Shown here piece by piece: positions 13,490 to 26,833 of a stretch of 64,000 bases of DNA; the stretch's first letter is position 1; each line of letters starts with the position of its first letter. The translations under genes were made by a program, and so were the position numbers. Below the pieces are notes generated by a model. It saw only the letters and a list, made by a program, of their open reading frames with translations. It searched no databases and was not told the origin of the DNA. This DNA is from Vicugna vicugna (taxonomy: Eukaryota): the NCBI GenBank assembly GCA_013265495.1, contig MU058636.1:6855741-6919740 (forward strand). Reading direction: 5' to 3'.

Positions 13490-13780
13490 TTCATTTGCCT
13501 GGCTGACTGCTTTGTATTCTTCTATCATAAATTTCCTCTGGGAAGACTTACCCGATGTCCTAGACTAAGTTAGTTTCCCTTGTTAAACCTTTCATAACAT
13601 AGTATACTTTTTCTTCAGAACATGTATGAAAATTGTAATTGGTAACCCATATTTGTGTAATTACTTGGTCTCTGTCACCCACCAGCCTTTAACCTCCACA
13701 GGGACTCTAGGACCTGCCAGAGTGCCTGGCATTAATTATGTATCCAAAGAACACTTGTGGGTGGGTAAGTGGATGGCAGA
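13490..13780 (+). mobile_element. L2 3' end
   Basis: ttcctctgggaagacttaccc...agagtgcctggcat...tccaaagaacacttgtgggtgggtaagtggatgg (L2 tail). Confidence 0.7.
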
Positions 13781-14979
13781 ACAAATGAAATTGCTTTCCA
13801 TAGTCAAGTAGCTTTCAGTAATTGGTGTGAAGGATAAAAGAGAAGGGTCTAATTTTTTGAAGCAAGCAAAAAGCAAAAATCCCTTGTTTACTTTATTCCA
13901 GTGTTGTCTGAGGATTTCATGAGTGATGGTGATAGTAACCGATTTTAAATATTGCCCATGAAATAATATATTTCAGTACAATACTCTTAAGTTTTATGTA
14001 TAGCCTTAAAAAGCTGATATTTATCCTTGCTTTATTTTCAACTAAATTCGTAAAGCAAAATCTTGTGAAATAACAGTACAACATACACAAAACACAACTT
14101 TGGGTGCACGTTGGTCAGGTTTAAACCTGACAAAGGAGCCATGTATGTAAGGAAAGTGAAGACACCAGGGCCAGAAGAAGACATATTTGTTCATGACTAC
14201 TATTGAAAATTGTGGAAAGGCAGAGACACTGACTTTGCCAAATACATATATTCTAGACAGAAAAAAAACCCTAGATCCTACATGCATGGGAGGATTTTGA
14301 ACAGAAAGAAAAATCTAATATGATTAAAATACAGTCTCTCAGTTGTACACAGCAAGTTTTAAATAGGAAAGTCTAGAGGCAGAGCAAATAAGATTTTATT
14401 GAATAAAGATAGGGTTTAAATGAAATTCTAATGTGAACCAAAAATTTTCAAAAAGACGGTTGAAAGACAATTTCAACTCAGATGAAGTATATAAAAGCCT
14501 CTGGCTTCATTTTCTCTACTCAGTGTCTCTTCTGTCTTTGGGAATTTGACACGTACATACCAAAAAGCTGCAGCGTAATTGTCCATTTGATGTGTAAAAC
14601 TAATCCCTGTTACAACAACTACCATCCTTTACTAGGCCCATTATAAAATTTTTTTTATAATATAAAATTTTATTTTATATTATAAAATAACTTAAGGGCT
14701 GTAAGTTAAAGCCCTATAAACTGTAAAGGATTTAAATCTTTATACCAATACTGAGTACTACCCGTCAGATTACTCACTTCTCATTCTTGTTTTCAAGTAC
14801 AGGATGAAGTAGAAATCTCAGGCCTAAATAACTGACCAAGAACCCATAATTTTCCATATCATTTTGCCCACTATCATGCAAACTACTCATCTGGTCCCAG
14901 TTTAGCCCAGTAAGACGTGAAGGAAGGACTCAGAATCATGGATATGCAAGCAAGAAAGAACTGTAGGTGTCCTTTAGTG

Positions 14980-15290
14980 TAGGAGTCGGTAGCCTTTTCC
15001 TTAAGGAGCCAAAAGCAAATACTTTAGGCTTCTCAACTTTGACTCTGTCATAACTTCTTAGATTTTCCATTGTAGTGAGGCAGCAGCTGCAGACAATATG
15101 TAAAGGAATGAGCTTGACTATGAAATTTGAATATTGATTATTCAGCATTTGAGTATTTTATAAGTTTCAAGTATCACGAAATATTTTTCATTCCTATAAC
15201 TTCAGCCATTTCAGAATGTAAAAACTATTGTTGTTAGCTTTCGAGCCAGGAGGCTGGCCGGCTCTAGTGGTATTCAGGCTGCCGACTGTG
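14980..15290. mobile_element. hAT-Charlie MER58B-like element
   Basis: taggagtcggtagccttttccttaaggagccaaaagcaaatactttaggctt...ccattgtagtgaggcagcagctgcagacaatatgtaaaggaatgagc. Confidence 0.75.
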
Positions 15291-15329
15291 ACCCGTTAAT
15301 GACACAGTGTAGTCAATAAAGCATGCCAC

Positions 15330-15477
15330 GACATAGCATAGAGTAGGCCGGAATATCTGCACGCGGTAAGAGGAAGTGCTGTTTTGTCAAACATTTGTTT
15401 TAATTAGGTATACTAGATCATGATGTAAAATGTATTGCTTTAGGTTGTGGTAAAAACAAAGTTTCAAAATCATTAAC
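15330..15477 (-). mobile_element. hAT-Charlie fragment (Charlie4z-like)
   Basis: tgcacgcggtaagaggaagtgctgttttgtcaaac...tcatgatgtaaaatgtatt...ggttgtggtaaaaacaaagtttcaaaatca matches the recalled Charlie4 end in reverse. Confidence 0.6.
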
Positions 15478-18400
15478 CTGTTGTTTATCAGCAAAGATTG
15501 TTTGGTGTCAAGAAAGGCAAGTGTCTTAGCTCAAGGTTACACAGCTGTTTAGTTTGTATACTAAAACCGTGTCTTCAGATTTTCAGTTTAGAGCTTCTTC
15601 AACTTAATCCTAGACCCGGAATAAAGAATTTTGTAATGCGGATAAAGTCGCCTAGTTCTGAGGGCTCAGGCTAAACCCTAGTGTTAAAATATTTGGAAAA
15701 AATTGTAAGAACTAACTGGTTTGTTACTAACATTCAGATAATTAATAATATCCGCGTATATAGTATTTTAAACACCACTACAACTAAAGAGAATACACAC
15801 AGGCAGACTTCTCCTGGCCCACAATCTCTGCTGTCCAGATATGTTGTTCCTTGTCTCTAGTTTCAGAGATTGAGGTCAGGCCCAGGGCATGTCAACCTTG
15901 ACCATCAGTCTCCAGTCTGTCCTTCTCAGGTATCAAAACACAATTTTCCACGTTACAGATGCCCTTTAATTAGGTAGAGTTGCCACAGTTTAGGTGGACC
16001 CTGGATCACAAGAGAAATAAGCCCTTTCTGCAGTAACTCTTTCCTCAGAAACCTTCTCACTTGCCAAGTGAGCATCTTTGGTTTCCTGTATTTCCTAGAA
16101 TTCACCTTCTGCCATCCTGATATTTTTTTCCTACAGATAGACTCTATTTCATTATATCCTTCGGAAATTGTAGTACTTCATTGACCTACTATTTCTGGTC
16201 CCATTATTGCAAAGGACAGTGCAATAATGATTCTTTCTTTAATTTTTTCCTATGTAATATGCAAGCCAAGATTGTTTAATTTTTTAAACATGGTGAGATT
16301 TTGATCAACTAACAATATTTTTCCATTTCAACTGTTTTTAAGTCAATGTGTAGAACTGTTACCTTTGTGGACTTTCCCCAGAGGACTATGCTTTTCCCCC
16401 TGTGTCTCCTTCAAAGTTTATTTTCCTGGATAAATTCTTTGTTTCCACTACTTTCTTTTGTATATTCATTGCCCCTGCATGTAGAATCAGTGCTTTTGAT
16501 CTATTTGTGCTTGATATCCAGTAACAAAATTTACTGGATTGCATATTAAATAAACATAAACTCTATTGTGTGTAATAGAATCCATGAAATCTCCAGTTCA
16601 GACTTATAATGCCAGTTTTAACTGCTAGAGGATTATTTTCTTTTCTTTCTCCATATGAAAATATGACGTACATGTTATTACCTATTCCTGAAATGTTGTT
16701 CTCTCTGTACTCAGTAGAGTTGTTCTAATTACACTAAGTCCAACCAAAGATAATCTTCTGATTAATAATATTATCTTGACTTTGAAATAGTTACTCAAAA
16801 ACATTATGTAGGTTATTTCAACAGCTGTACTTTGCAACATTTAAACTAGAAAATATTCTCACTTTGTGTTTTCAGTTAATGTATTTGTTTTGCTATATGG
16901 AAAAATCTTGAGGCTTGATACCCTCGGTAGAGATAGTTTTTTTTAATAACAAACAGATTCTGATTTACAAATTGAAATACCATTTGTGGTTGCTGATCTT
17001 GGAGTGATCAGTCACTTTTTCCCAAGAAATTAGTAACTGTACAACATTATTGCAGGTTAAATATTTCCTGTTGTTACTTTTACCATGTTCCTTTAATGAA
17101 ATTATTTATCTTGTTTACCAATCATCCTATAATGATTCTGAGATAGCACATCTTCTCTTCACATTAAACTTATCAGTTTATGTGCTGTGTCATCCATTAG
17201 AATGCAGACTTGTCTAGGACATGGAAGATACCTGTTTCAAATCTGTGCCCTGGCGTACAGGAAGTATGCAATGCTGTTTTCAGAACTGAATCATTAAATG
17301 TCTTTAATTCTTGGAAATGACTGGCTCCTTATTTTTGTCAGACATTTTTTATGACCATTTATTTGATTCCATTTTGTAGATTTCCCAGTTCATATGTTTC
17401 AAAATATAACTGTTATTTATAATAGGTCTGTTACTACAACAAGAATTAGAAGCAATAAAAGCACCATTTACTTTTATAAATAGGGCTAATATTTTATGCT
17501 GAAATGTTATTTTTTTATTGCAAACCAATTCACATACTGACTCTCTACTGTATCATTATTGGATAGTATTCTGGTACATATATAACCATATAATTTGATA
17601 CAGATATCACTCTGAATTGCAGATAGCTGTATGTTTGATATAAAGTTTTCTAGGATAGACAAAGTAATCTTGTTAATTCAGTGATCTATACTGTTTTGCT
17701 TATATAATCCTTGACATAGAATCACTATAAATGAATGCTTAGATGGAATATATGCTTATAATAATTTCTGTCACTTTTGACAGTATCTTCAATGTTGTAA
17801 AATGGAAGCAATTTCCAAGTTCTTCCAAATTCTAAAAACTTTCTATTTCATTCTTAAGAATGGAAAAAAAAATGGATTGATGACTCATCTCTATTTAACA
17901 TTTTGCTTTGAGTGGAGAATTCAGTAAAGAAAACTCTTGCTTGGTCAGATTGGAGAACTTACTGCTCTGCGCATGAATAAGGAGTTTTTTGAAGGTCTAG
18001 CTGTTATGCTCAGAGTGCTTCAACAATTTAAGCCTGTAATTATTGGATAAAAAGTTAATGTGCTCCTGAAAATAAGTGAGGTTCACCTGTCTGACCTCTA
18101 CTTGAGCCTACCTTAACCTGTAGCCTTGTTTTTTTTTTTTTTGCTTTTTATACCCTAATCACAATACTTACCAAATAATTTCCTTTTACTAATTATGTTT
18201 TTAGATTTTTATCTTTGACTTTATGAATGCATTGTTAAGAAAAGCAATAACATAGTATTTCCATTGTGCATTATTTAAAAGAAAAAGAGGCAATATTTTT
18301 CTGAATACAAAAATAAAAAAACTTAAAGATGTATATTACTATAAAAGCAATTTTTAATTTAAGTTTACTCAAACCTGAGAACTTAAAATTATTAAATATA

Positions 18401-20134
18401 TTAATTTGAGACTGTAAAAAAATGGAAGTCAGAATTTGGATAGTTTGGAACTATAACTATACCAATTATTCGTTTATACATACTGTGTTTAAAAGGAAGA
18501 TCCCATGTTTTATAGAATATAAATCATTGTTTTATTTTTAATAAGAAGGCTTTAGTATAGCCACTTTTATTCAACTCTTTTCATATGATTTAATTGTATG
18601 ACTATCTTGGTATATATTTTCTCTTTTGATTATTAATATTTCTTGAAATGAAATACATAGTTAAAACACATATCTAATTCTTAATAATTATTCAGTATCA
18701 GAGTCTTTCTTGGATAATGTCAAAATTTGAATCAGACACAGTTTAGTAGTTTTAGAATTTAATTGAGGCTTTTGGAATTTGAAGGAGCACAGGGAGAAGA
18801 GAGGAAAGTTGGTGCAGGAGAGTGATACAGGAATAACAATTGATTCTATAATTAAATTTAACCCAAAGAGAATTGAGGGATCCAGATGATTTATGATAGT
18901 GAATATGTCTCTTATTTCCCTTATTTCATCCTTATTCATTGCTGTTGTGATTAAATCAGGAAGTCAAAGAAAGGGCAAGACACTCAGGTCAATCATTCTG
19001 TACTAGAAACTTGAGTCAAATACTGTGGATAAAAGTATTTAATGAAAACCTCAACAGGAGTTGTTTTAAGTTATTTAGAGGCATAATGCCTTGTTGTAAT
19101 TTTCTTCAGTATTATACTCTCTCTGGACACCTTCATATATGTATTTCTGTGCTTAAAATTTTTGTAACAGGGCTTTTTGCTCCTTGACGTCAAAGACAGA
19201 GTCGTCTGTGTGATATAGCAGTGGCTTACTTAGAATTCCTTAAATTATTTAAATGAAAATATCTCAAGAGACAGCCAACTCAAAACTTAATTAATTCCAA
19301 GTGATTTGGAAATTTTAATTTACTGTTCAGTGTATGTAAATGAAAAATGATATTTCCATGGAATGTGCAAAGGGAAGTGAAAGTCACATAGAGACAAAAA
19401 AAAGTGAAATTAAATACCAAGAATTTGCTGGACTATTTCCCTTGATATGACATTTTTGATGTACTAGCACAAACATGGTTTCTAAAGCAGAAGTTTAAAA
19501 AGAGTAAATCTACATCAGTGTTGCACATTTAGTAGGTGTTAATAATAATGCCACGAGAATATTCTCTTCAGCTCAGCTCATTCACAGTCAAAGCACTAGT
19601 AAATATCATCTAGGAACCATCACTGTAGCTTCATTTTTTATTGTAATCTATCATTCTGTGGAAAAATGACCTACTAAAGAGTCTTAGGAACTTTAGCTCT
19701 ACCACTGCACAAGAATTCTTAGCAGAAGTAAAACTAAAAAAGAAAAACCATCCAGAGCCAATTCCTAGGTTATATCAGTAGAACGACCAAAATCCAAAAC
19801 AAAAACAAAACAAAATGAATTTACAGTTTATTTTAGTAAATCAGTCAAAACTTCAGGGTATTATGTGACTACAGTGACAGTTAATCTTGTTTGTGAGCTA
19901 TCTAAATATTCTTGATTTACAATTTAAAAGCACCTAACCAGCCATTCTCACATGGAAATAGATTTTTAGTTCTGAACATACGAAATTTCCATGGGAAAAG
20001 GTGCAATATCCAATTACTTTGAGATTATAATTTATATTAGTATTAAATTCTTAATCTTTCAAAGCATTTCATGTGAGAGAATACCGCTAATTTCTGACTT
20101 TTAGAAGCTGTCACATTTCTTTTATTTTAATAAA

Positions 20135-20447
20135 TGCCTAAAATCCCTATTCAAAACCTTAGAGCCCAATGTATTTTGTAATTCAGATATCTGGAGATTT
20201 AAGAAAGGTAATATGTGCCTGTATGTATATTTTATTGCATCTTCAGGGGAGTCTAGGATAGCTCATTACTCAAACACAGTTATACGTCTACAGTAATACT
20301 TTGGGATAGTCACACTACATAGAATAAAGATTGTGAATAGCATACATTATTTAGGTGAAATTTTGCTGATGGAATTTACGACAGTCGTACAAGAAAGCTT
20401 TTTTCAGAGCTTTTTGGATTTGGAATTATTAAGTATCATAGACGTAC
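20135..20447. mobile_element. TcMar-Tigger MITE, MER46C-like
   Basis: aatccctattcaaaaccttagagcc...gatttaagaaaggtaata...ttttcagagctttttggatttggaatt. Confidence 0.75.
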
Positions 20448-20577
20448 ATCTAAAATGATTCCCCTACTGTTTTAAAAATCTGTAGATGTGTATATGTGAG
20501 TATGTGTGCACATGTATATGTTCTCTCTCTGTCTTACACACATATGTGCATGTACACACACACCTTGGGAAGAGGAG

Positions 20578-20753
20578 ATAGTTTTATTGGAAGACAGACA
20601 AGCTCATTTGTCTATGTCCTACCTGGCTGCTTTTGCACTACAATGGCCGAGTTGAGTAGTTGTGACAGAAAGTTACCGCTGTCCTCTGGCCCCCACCCAC
20701 AAAGCCTAACGTATTTTATCTGAGCCTTTACAGAAAATGTGTGCTGACCCCTG
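20578..20753. mobile_element. hAT-Charlie MER58A-like fragment
   Basis: ggctgcttttgcactacaatggccgagttgagtagttgtgacaga...caaagcctaacgtatttt...cctttacagaaaatgtgtgctgacccctg. Confidence 0.85.
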
Positions 20754-22019
20754 ATATATACGATACATCCAGGGACTTCATTTCTGTTCTTTTCTAAAGA
20801 CAGTGAGACTGCCGTAACTTTGTGATAACCTAGTTTAGTCAACTAAAGTAAATCAATGAAAGAATGAACTCATCCTATCTCGGCAGTATTTTGAAGGTGT
20901 TTTTCAGTTAAAACTTAAAATCTAAATATAATAATAAACTATAATGATTTAATTACATTTTAAAAGCTTTGTGTTAGTAAATGAACTTAATGTTATTTTA
21001 GTTCCTGAAGATTCATTACAGTTGTTTTTATCTGTAGTGCAGTTTTAAATTAAAGTATCTGAAACAATGTGTAGGGAAATCTTGAAATGTCCAATCAAAA
21101 TAGGATGTAATACTGCCCATACAGATATTAATGTTAGTTTTAATAATAAAAACAACAATTTAAAACATTACTGTTATTTCAAAGGATGTTTATTGATTTT
21201 TGTTTGGTTTTGGTTTTTTAGTTTTAAATTAGAAAGCCACACTAATTTCTGTTTGCTAATTTTGAAGTTTTTGACTTTAATAAATTGAAATGTCTTAAAT
21301 GGTAATACTGAAAGTAAATTCAGTATCACATTGATGAAATAGGAAAATAAATTTCACATTTCAGATAAAAAAGTAAAAGAAAGGTTTAAAAAACACAGGA
21401 AATTGCTATTATGCTGATAGAGTTGTGTAAGCATTGCAGAAGTCATGAGATATACACTTTATAGTGATATACTGTGTCTTAGAATGCTTCTTAACACAAA
21501 GTGAAAACTACAAAGCAGAGAAATTCAAATTACCAGCTGCATATCACTGAAACTTAAGCAAATGAAGAAGAGGGAGCATACAAAATGTCTTTCAAGGGCT
21601 GTGGTTCTTATTTAGCATTTATTATTAAAATGAGACTGTTTCAACTATTTCAGTGCCATTAATGTCTACTAATTTTAGAATTTTAAAAAAGTTAAAATCA
21701 TTAGAAACTCATTTAAAAACTAAATTATCCTGGGAAGACTTGATATTTCAAATTCAAATTATCAGCATAGTCATGCCTTTTTGATGGAAAATAAATTAGC
21801 ATATTTCATTGTGAGGAGAAGTAAAAAAACTAAATCTTAAAACTGTACTGGTAAGATTAGTACTGATTGTCTGCTAGTGGGGCTCCACAGTTATATTTTC
21901 TTCAGTGCCATGTTATCTGTGTCACTTATTTATATCAAATTTGTTAGATTTATAATATCTATACCCAAAAAACAAACAATCTTAAAGCTCAAAATTAATT
22001 TTTTTGCCTTATATTCCTA

Positions 22020-22808
22020 ATTTTGTCCAGAATGAAACTCACTTTCTTTCTGCAAACCTGCTTCTTCATGTATTTGCCTGTCTCAGAGTTTTCATCATTC
22101 ACACTTTGCTCCTTCACCTTGTCCTTTAATCTAGAATTCGGCTGCCTAAAATGTTTTATTGTCTTACTCCAAGATGTCTTTCAAACTATCTCTGCTCACA
22201 CTGCCACTGCCTTCAGTTCAGGCTTTCATCATCGTGGCTAGATTTTGCAGTTAAGGGTTTCTTCCTGGTCCACTGACAGAAAGTGATCTTCCCAAAATAG
22301 ACTGAATTCTGTTTGCCCCCTCCACCCCACCCTGGGGCTTGAAATCCTTCAGCTGTTCCCTGTTGCCAGTAGGAACCAGATGCCACATATGGCTCTGCTT
22401 CCTGTCACCTTCCTCTTCATTTCCACTCACCCCTTCCACCCTCTGCACTACACAGTGTAACACTCCACCTGCACTTTACTGGCTATTTCATGCCTCTTTA
22501 TACCGCTTATAAAGCCTTAATACCGCTATGGCCTCAGATGATTTTCCTTTTTCCCTTTTTCCCCCTAGATAGGGTTGGCATCATCCAACTCAGATGTCAC
22601 ACTCCCTGTACATTCTCTTCAGCAGAGCTGCTCACCCCACTTTCTGTGTGTCTGACACCTTGTAATCTCAGTGTACCTCCTAGGATCTATGTCATGAATA
22701 TTTGTTTATATAAACTGCCCCACTTTCCTCACTCTCTTTAAACTCAGCACCTGGCATGGGATCTGGCACGTAAGATACAATACTCACCAAATGCTTTTTG
22801 AATGAATG
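22020..22808 (+). mobile_element. L2 LINE 3' region
   Basis: Pyrimidine-rich L2 body ending cagcacctggcatgggatctggcacgtaag...caaatgctttttgaatgaatg. Confidence 0.8.
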
Positions 22809-23397
22809 GGGCTCTTGTTCTTAAAAAATACTCTAAATTTTTCTCAAAATCTTTTTTCTCTGTCAACTATATTTATTTGTATAAATATATATCAACTATG
22901 TAGTTACTCAGTGAATGATAGTTTTTAGATTTACTCATTTAATTAAAATGTATGGAGAATGTACTCAGAGCCCTGCCTTAGTCATCAGTGTGTTGTATGG
23001 TCTCCTCTCTTGGAAGAGGGCCCTTGCGGAAGGAGAGCTTGGATGTTACTTAGAGGCAGGACTCAGCAACTTTTAAGTACGATTCCTTGCTTGTCAATGT
23101 AACCCTTCATACCCTTAACCTCCAGCATAAGGGGCACCCAGCTGGAGATGGAACTTTTCCACACTATTTTAAAGTGTAAAGGGTCTTTTAACTTGATCTT
23201 CTGATCCTTATAGGTATATCAAATCAGATTCACACACATTGAATCAAAAGTCTAATGGCTCTGTATTAAAAGAGCATCATAATACCTTTCAGTATTCCTT
23301 GTGTTAAAGAAAGATAGTTTTACTCCGAAGGTCAAACTTTTAACTTCGTGCTCATTTTACAGTTTAGTGGGATTTAGTGGGATTTGGTGGGGTTTTC

Positions 23398-23398
<1 letters not shown>

Positions 23399-23455
<57 letters not shown>
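23399..23455. repeat. Perfect (GTT)19 trinucleotide microsatellite
   Basis: Direct count, 57 nt uninterrupted. Confidence 0.97.
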
Positions 23456-24429
23456 ATGTGTTTGTTTTATTGGCAAGGGAATGTAGTTCTGCAAGTAGAA
23501 ACTGACTTCTTACCCCTAGTAAGTGGAAACTCAAAAAAAATGCCAGTGTTTTGGATGGTGGGTTACTCATCTGTTCCCAGTTTGTGTTTGCTGCCTGGAT
23601 CTGGACCACCTCAGATCCGTCTGCCTAATTCATCTTCTCAGGTGCTTGTATCTTGGGCAGTCAGTTAGCCAACCTTATCTTTCAGCAGCATAGTTCATAA
23701 TATATTCAAAATCTTGTGCTAGCCAGTCTCCTCACCGTCAGAGCACCTCCTGCATATTCAAGCCTCTTTCTCTTACATATTTACTGTCTACACTCCATGG
23801 GTTTATCTTATACTGGTGAGCTAGTATGGTACACAGAATTGGATTAGTATCTCTGTCAGAATATCTCTCCTGGTGAATATGTATTTGCCAGTGAAAATGT
23901 TTTATTAATTGGCCAACACTTCTAACTGATTTTTGTTGGAGGGGCACATATGTGTTGTCCCTTCAGGGGCTACTTCTTAATTGACAAGGTGGGACAAGTC
24001 CTCATGGAGCAGGAATGCCATAACTGATCCGTAGTATCCTTTCTCCCACTGTGTAGCCTGCTCTGCATTCTTCCTCCTGACTTTCAAACACATATATAAT
24101 TTCATTCCTTTTAATCTTTATCTGTCTTTGAGTTTTACCCTAGCCCTCTAGTCCTACTTTCACATACCCCCTATATTCTAGTCATACATTCCCCAAGCTA
24201 TAAAAGTCTTTTCAGGGACTTTTGGTCCCCGGCTGCCTCTGTACTTTTTGCTTAAGTTAGTGCTTTTTGTCCCCACATCTGGCCAGCATATGCTACCTTC
24301 TCCAAGAAAACAGTCAAAATGACCCAAGTTGGGAATAAACCATTATGACCTTTCTTGTAGTCACATATTGCCATCCTATTAATGTCAAATTATTTAAGTA
24401 GCTTTGCAGCAAACATGAAATGGGTTTTC

Positions 24430-24630
24430 AAGTGAGAGAGCTTGAGTTCACGTCCCAGTTCCACCACTTTTACTGAATGAACACCTTGGGCTACTCACTG
24501 AATCCCTTCATTTTTTATATGTCACATGAGGTAATAGTAACTAGTTCAAAGAGTTGTTAAGAGAATCCCAATGAGACAGCATATATAAAGTGATTTGTAC
24601 ATGATAAAGCCCTGTGTAATGTTAGATAAT
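24430..24630 (+). mobile_element. MIR SINE
   Basis: ttgagttcacgtcccagttccaccact...ccttgggctactcactgaa...gttgttaagagaatcccaatgagacagcatatataaagtg. Confidence 0.7.
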
Positions 24631-25012
24631 CTTAGATTTGAATTAAAAGTGGAGCACTTGGGAAGGTGAAGCTAATGTCTCATTGCTGTAAACTCCTGAG
24701 TGCTCACATTATCCTTACTCATACGAGGAACTATCAAATAAGTTGATTTGATTACGAATTTCTTGCTAGATACAAAAAAGAAAAAGTCAACCTATTTAAG
24801 ATAAGATATACACTTGTAAGATATTTGTCTTTTGCATATACAGCCTGAGTTATTTATAGCATCACTAGATAAATTTGGCTTTCTTGAGCTTACAAGATTA
24901 AAGTTATGCAAAATCACATTAATCATATTACCTACACCTTAAATTTTTAAATGTATGTGCCTTTTTATTTGGAAATGTGAAAGGTGGTTTCATCAGATAA
25001 TGCTTGTATTTT

Positions 25013-25075
25013 CAATATCTCTAATATCTCAATATCACTAATATCTCTAAATATCTTCAATATCTCTTATATCTC
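25013..25075. repeat. Degenerate tandem repeat, about 7 copies of AATATCTC(T)
   Basis: caatatctct aatatctc aatatcact aatatctct aaatatcttc aatatctct tatatctc. Confidence 0.85.
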
Positions 25076-25337
25076 AAATAAAAAATCTATTTGTTTTAGT
25101 AATACTTTTGTTAACACTTAGAAATAGTTCCAACCAGAATGATTATTTTTGAAGGTTGATAAGTGTTCCAAAATCGTCTCTGCTTGTGTTCTCATTGTCG
25201 TTTGTTTTTTTGTTTTTGTTTCATTTTGTTTTTTGAGGAGGATAGATTATCATTCATTCGTTGTGTTCAAAACTAATCAGACAAATCACATTACTAAAGG
25301 TGAAGGGTCTGTTGAGTTGAAATCATGATGGCCTTTT

Positions 25338-25576
25338 TCGAGATTTGCAGATACTAACTGCTATGTATAAAATAGATGAACAAGTTTATACTGTATAGCA
25401 CAGGAAACTATATCCAATATCTTGTAGTAACCTATAATGAAAACGAATAAGAAAACAAATATATGTATGTATACGTATGACTGAACTGTTATTCGCTGTA
25501 CACCAGAAATTGGCACAACATTGTAAACTGACTATACTTCAATTAAAAAAGAAAGAAAGAATTAACAAAAAAAAAG
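25338..25576 (+). mobile_element. Relatively young, 5'-truncated artiodactyl/camelid-type L1 3' end with A-rich tail
   Basis: atactgtatagcacaggaaactatatccaatatcttgtagtaacctataatgaaa...gctgtacaccagaaattggcacaacattgtaaactgactatacttcaattaaaaaa. Confidence 0.85.
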
Positions 25577-26702
25577 TACCTGGAGTGCTGTTTGCAAAAT
25601 GCAGTTTTGCTCTCCTATCATTTTGTTGTCACTTTCTTTGAACAAAGCATTGATGGAGCATTTGTTTGTTTTCCTTATGATGGAATGACAGTGTTTGGAA
25701 AAAATACAGATATTCTTACAACACAGCAGTTTTTAGAAGTTCATTTAAGGAATAGTCTATGAAAAATGAATGTAATTGTGTTTTTCTAAATTTTACTTCA
25801 AGTTGTTATGTATTGAAAAACTCTAGTACACAGAATATATAGTGAATAATTCTTTATATAGTCATAAATTGTATAGCCATGTAGTCTAATCATTCTTCAT
25901 ATAGCCTTACAGTCTAAAATCTAAATTGATATGGACTACAAATTTTAATTATGATCCTTTTGCTGTGCATAGGCCTTTGGCCTTTTGCTTAGTTTTTCTT
26001 TGTCAGAATTTCAAATAGTTGACTAGACAACAGGTGATAAATGTCCCATTAATCTTTCTGACTCTCTAACTCCTGAGCAAGAGAATTGCTGATCAATTAC
26101 AACAATTGTCTCTTAAATGAGCTTTTCACATCTGCCTCTTATTTCATTAGTTAACTGTCTGCCCAAAGATCCGATAAGATGGGATACTAGTGCCTTTTTA
26201 CAACTCGTTCTGTGGGTCTGTACATTAAGGATAGGGTTATTAGCCAAATGGGCACAAAAGGGTATTTATTCACTCCTTACAATAAATATACATGCTAGTG
26301 TCTGGAAGACATTTGAGACTCTTTATTGAAATCACCTTAAGAAGAAAACTGGTTTTGCTTCAACTTTCCATTTAGCAACAGCTAATGTAGGATTTTGGCA
26401 TTTCTTACTATACAGTGCTTTTACTGATTGTATTTGTCTTCATATAAAAAGAAAAAAGAGTCTATTAATTTAAAAAACAGTTAAAAACTTTAAAAAAAAT
26501 CATAAATTAGCAAACATCGTGATTCACATACTCTCCTCCAGAGATTGTTATTAATCCTTGGTTACAGCTTTCTCTACGTTGGCACTTTAAAAATACTGCT
26601 AATCATGATCTGCCTTCTTATTATGTGTTATACAGTGGTCATCCTTTTAATTGGAAAAAGTCTTGATGAATAATCAGTGTTTAAAATGTTTTTAAGAAGA
26701 GT

Positions 26703-26833
26703 ATTTTCTTACCTGTAGAATGGAAATAATAACAGTAGGTGACAGAATGTAAATGAGAATTAAATGAGTTCTTGTACATAAGGCACTTAACAAGGCACAT
26801 AGTAAGTTATCAGTGAGTCACAGCCATTATTAT
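26703..26833 (+). mobile_element. MIR fragment
   Basis: ttttcttacctgtagaatggaaataataacagta...gagaattaaatgag...ggcacatagtaag. Confidence 0.75.

Noticed and set aside
14688..14715. H-type RNA pseudoknot
   Set aside because: Arms are interleaved but loops of 0-1 nt are too short for both full stems to form together; treated as alternative hairpins
15873..15889. DR5-like nuclear receptor element AGGTCA-N5-AGGGCA
   Set aside because: Single imperfect motif, expected by chance in 64 kb without conservation data
23301..23668. ORFs with poly-Leu and poly-Val that look like membrane peptides
   Set aside because: Products of the (GTT)19 microsatellite with non-ATG starts; no other coding signal
22960..24350. 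Relatively GC-balanced segment, possibly old LTR-internal sequence or a processed pseudogene
   Set aside because: No recognisable protein or repeat similarity by eye; needs Dfam and BLASTx searches
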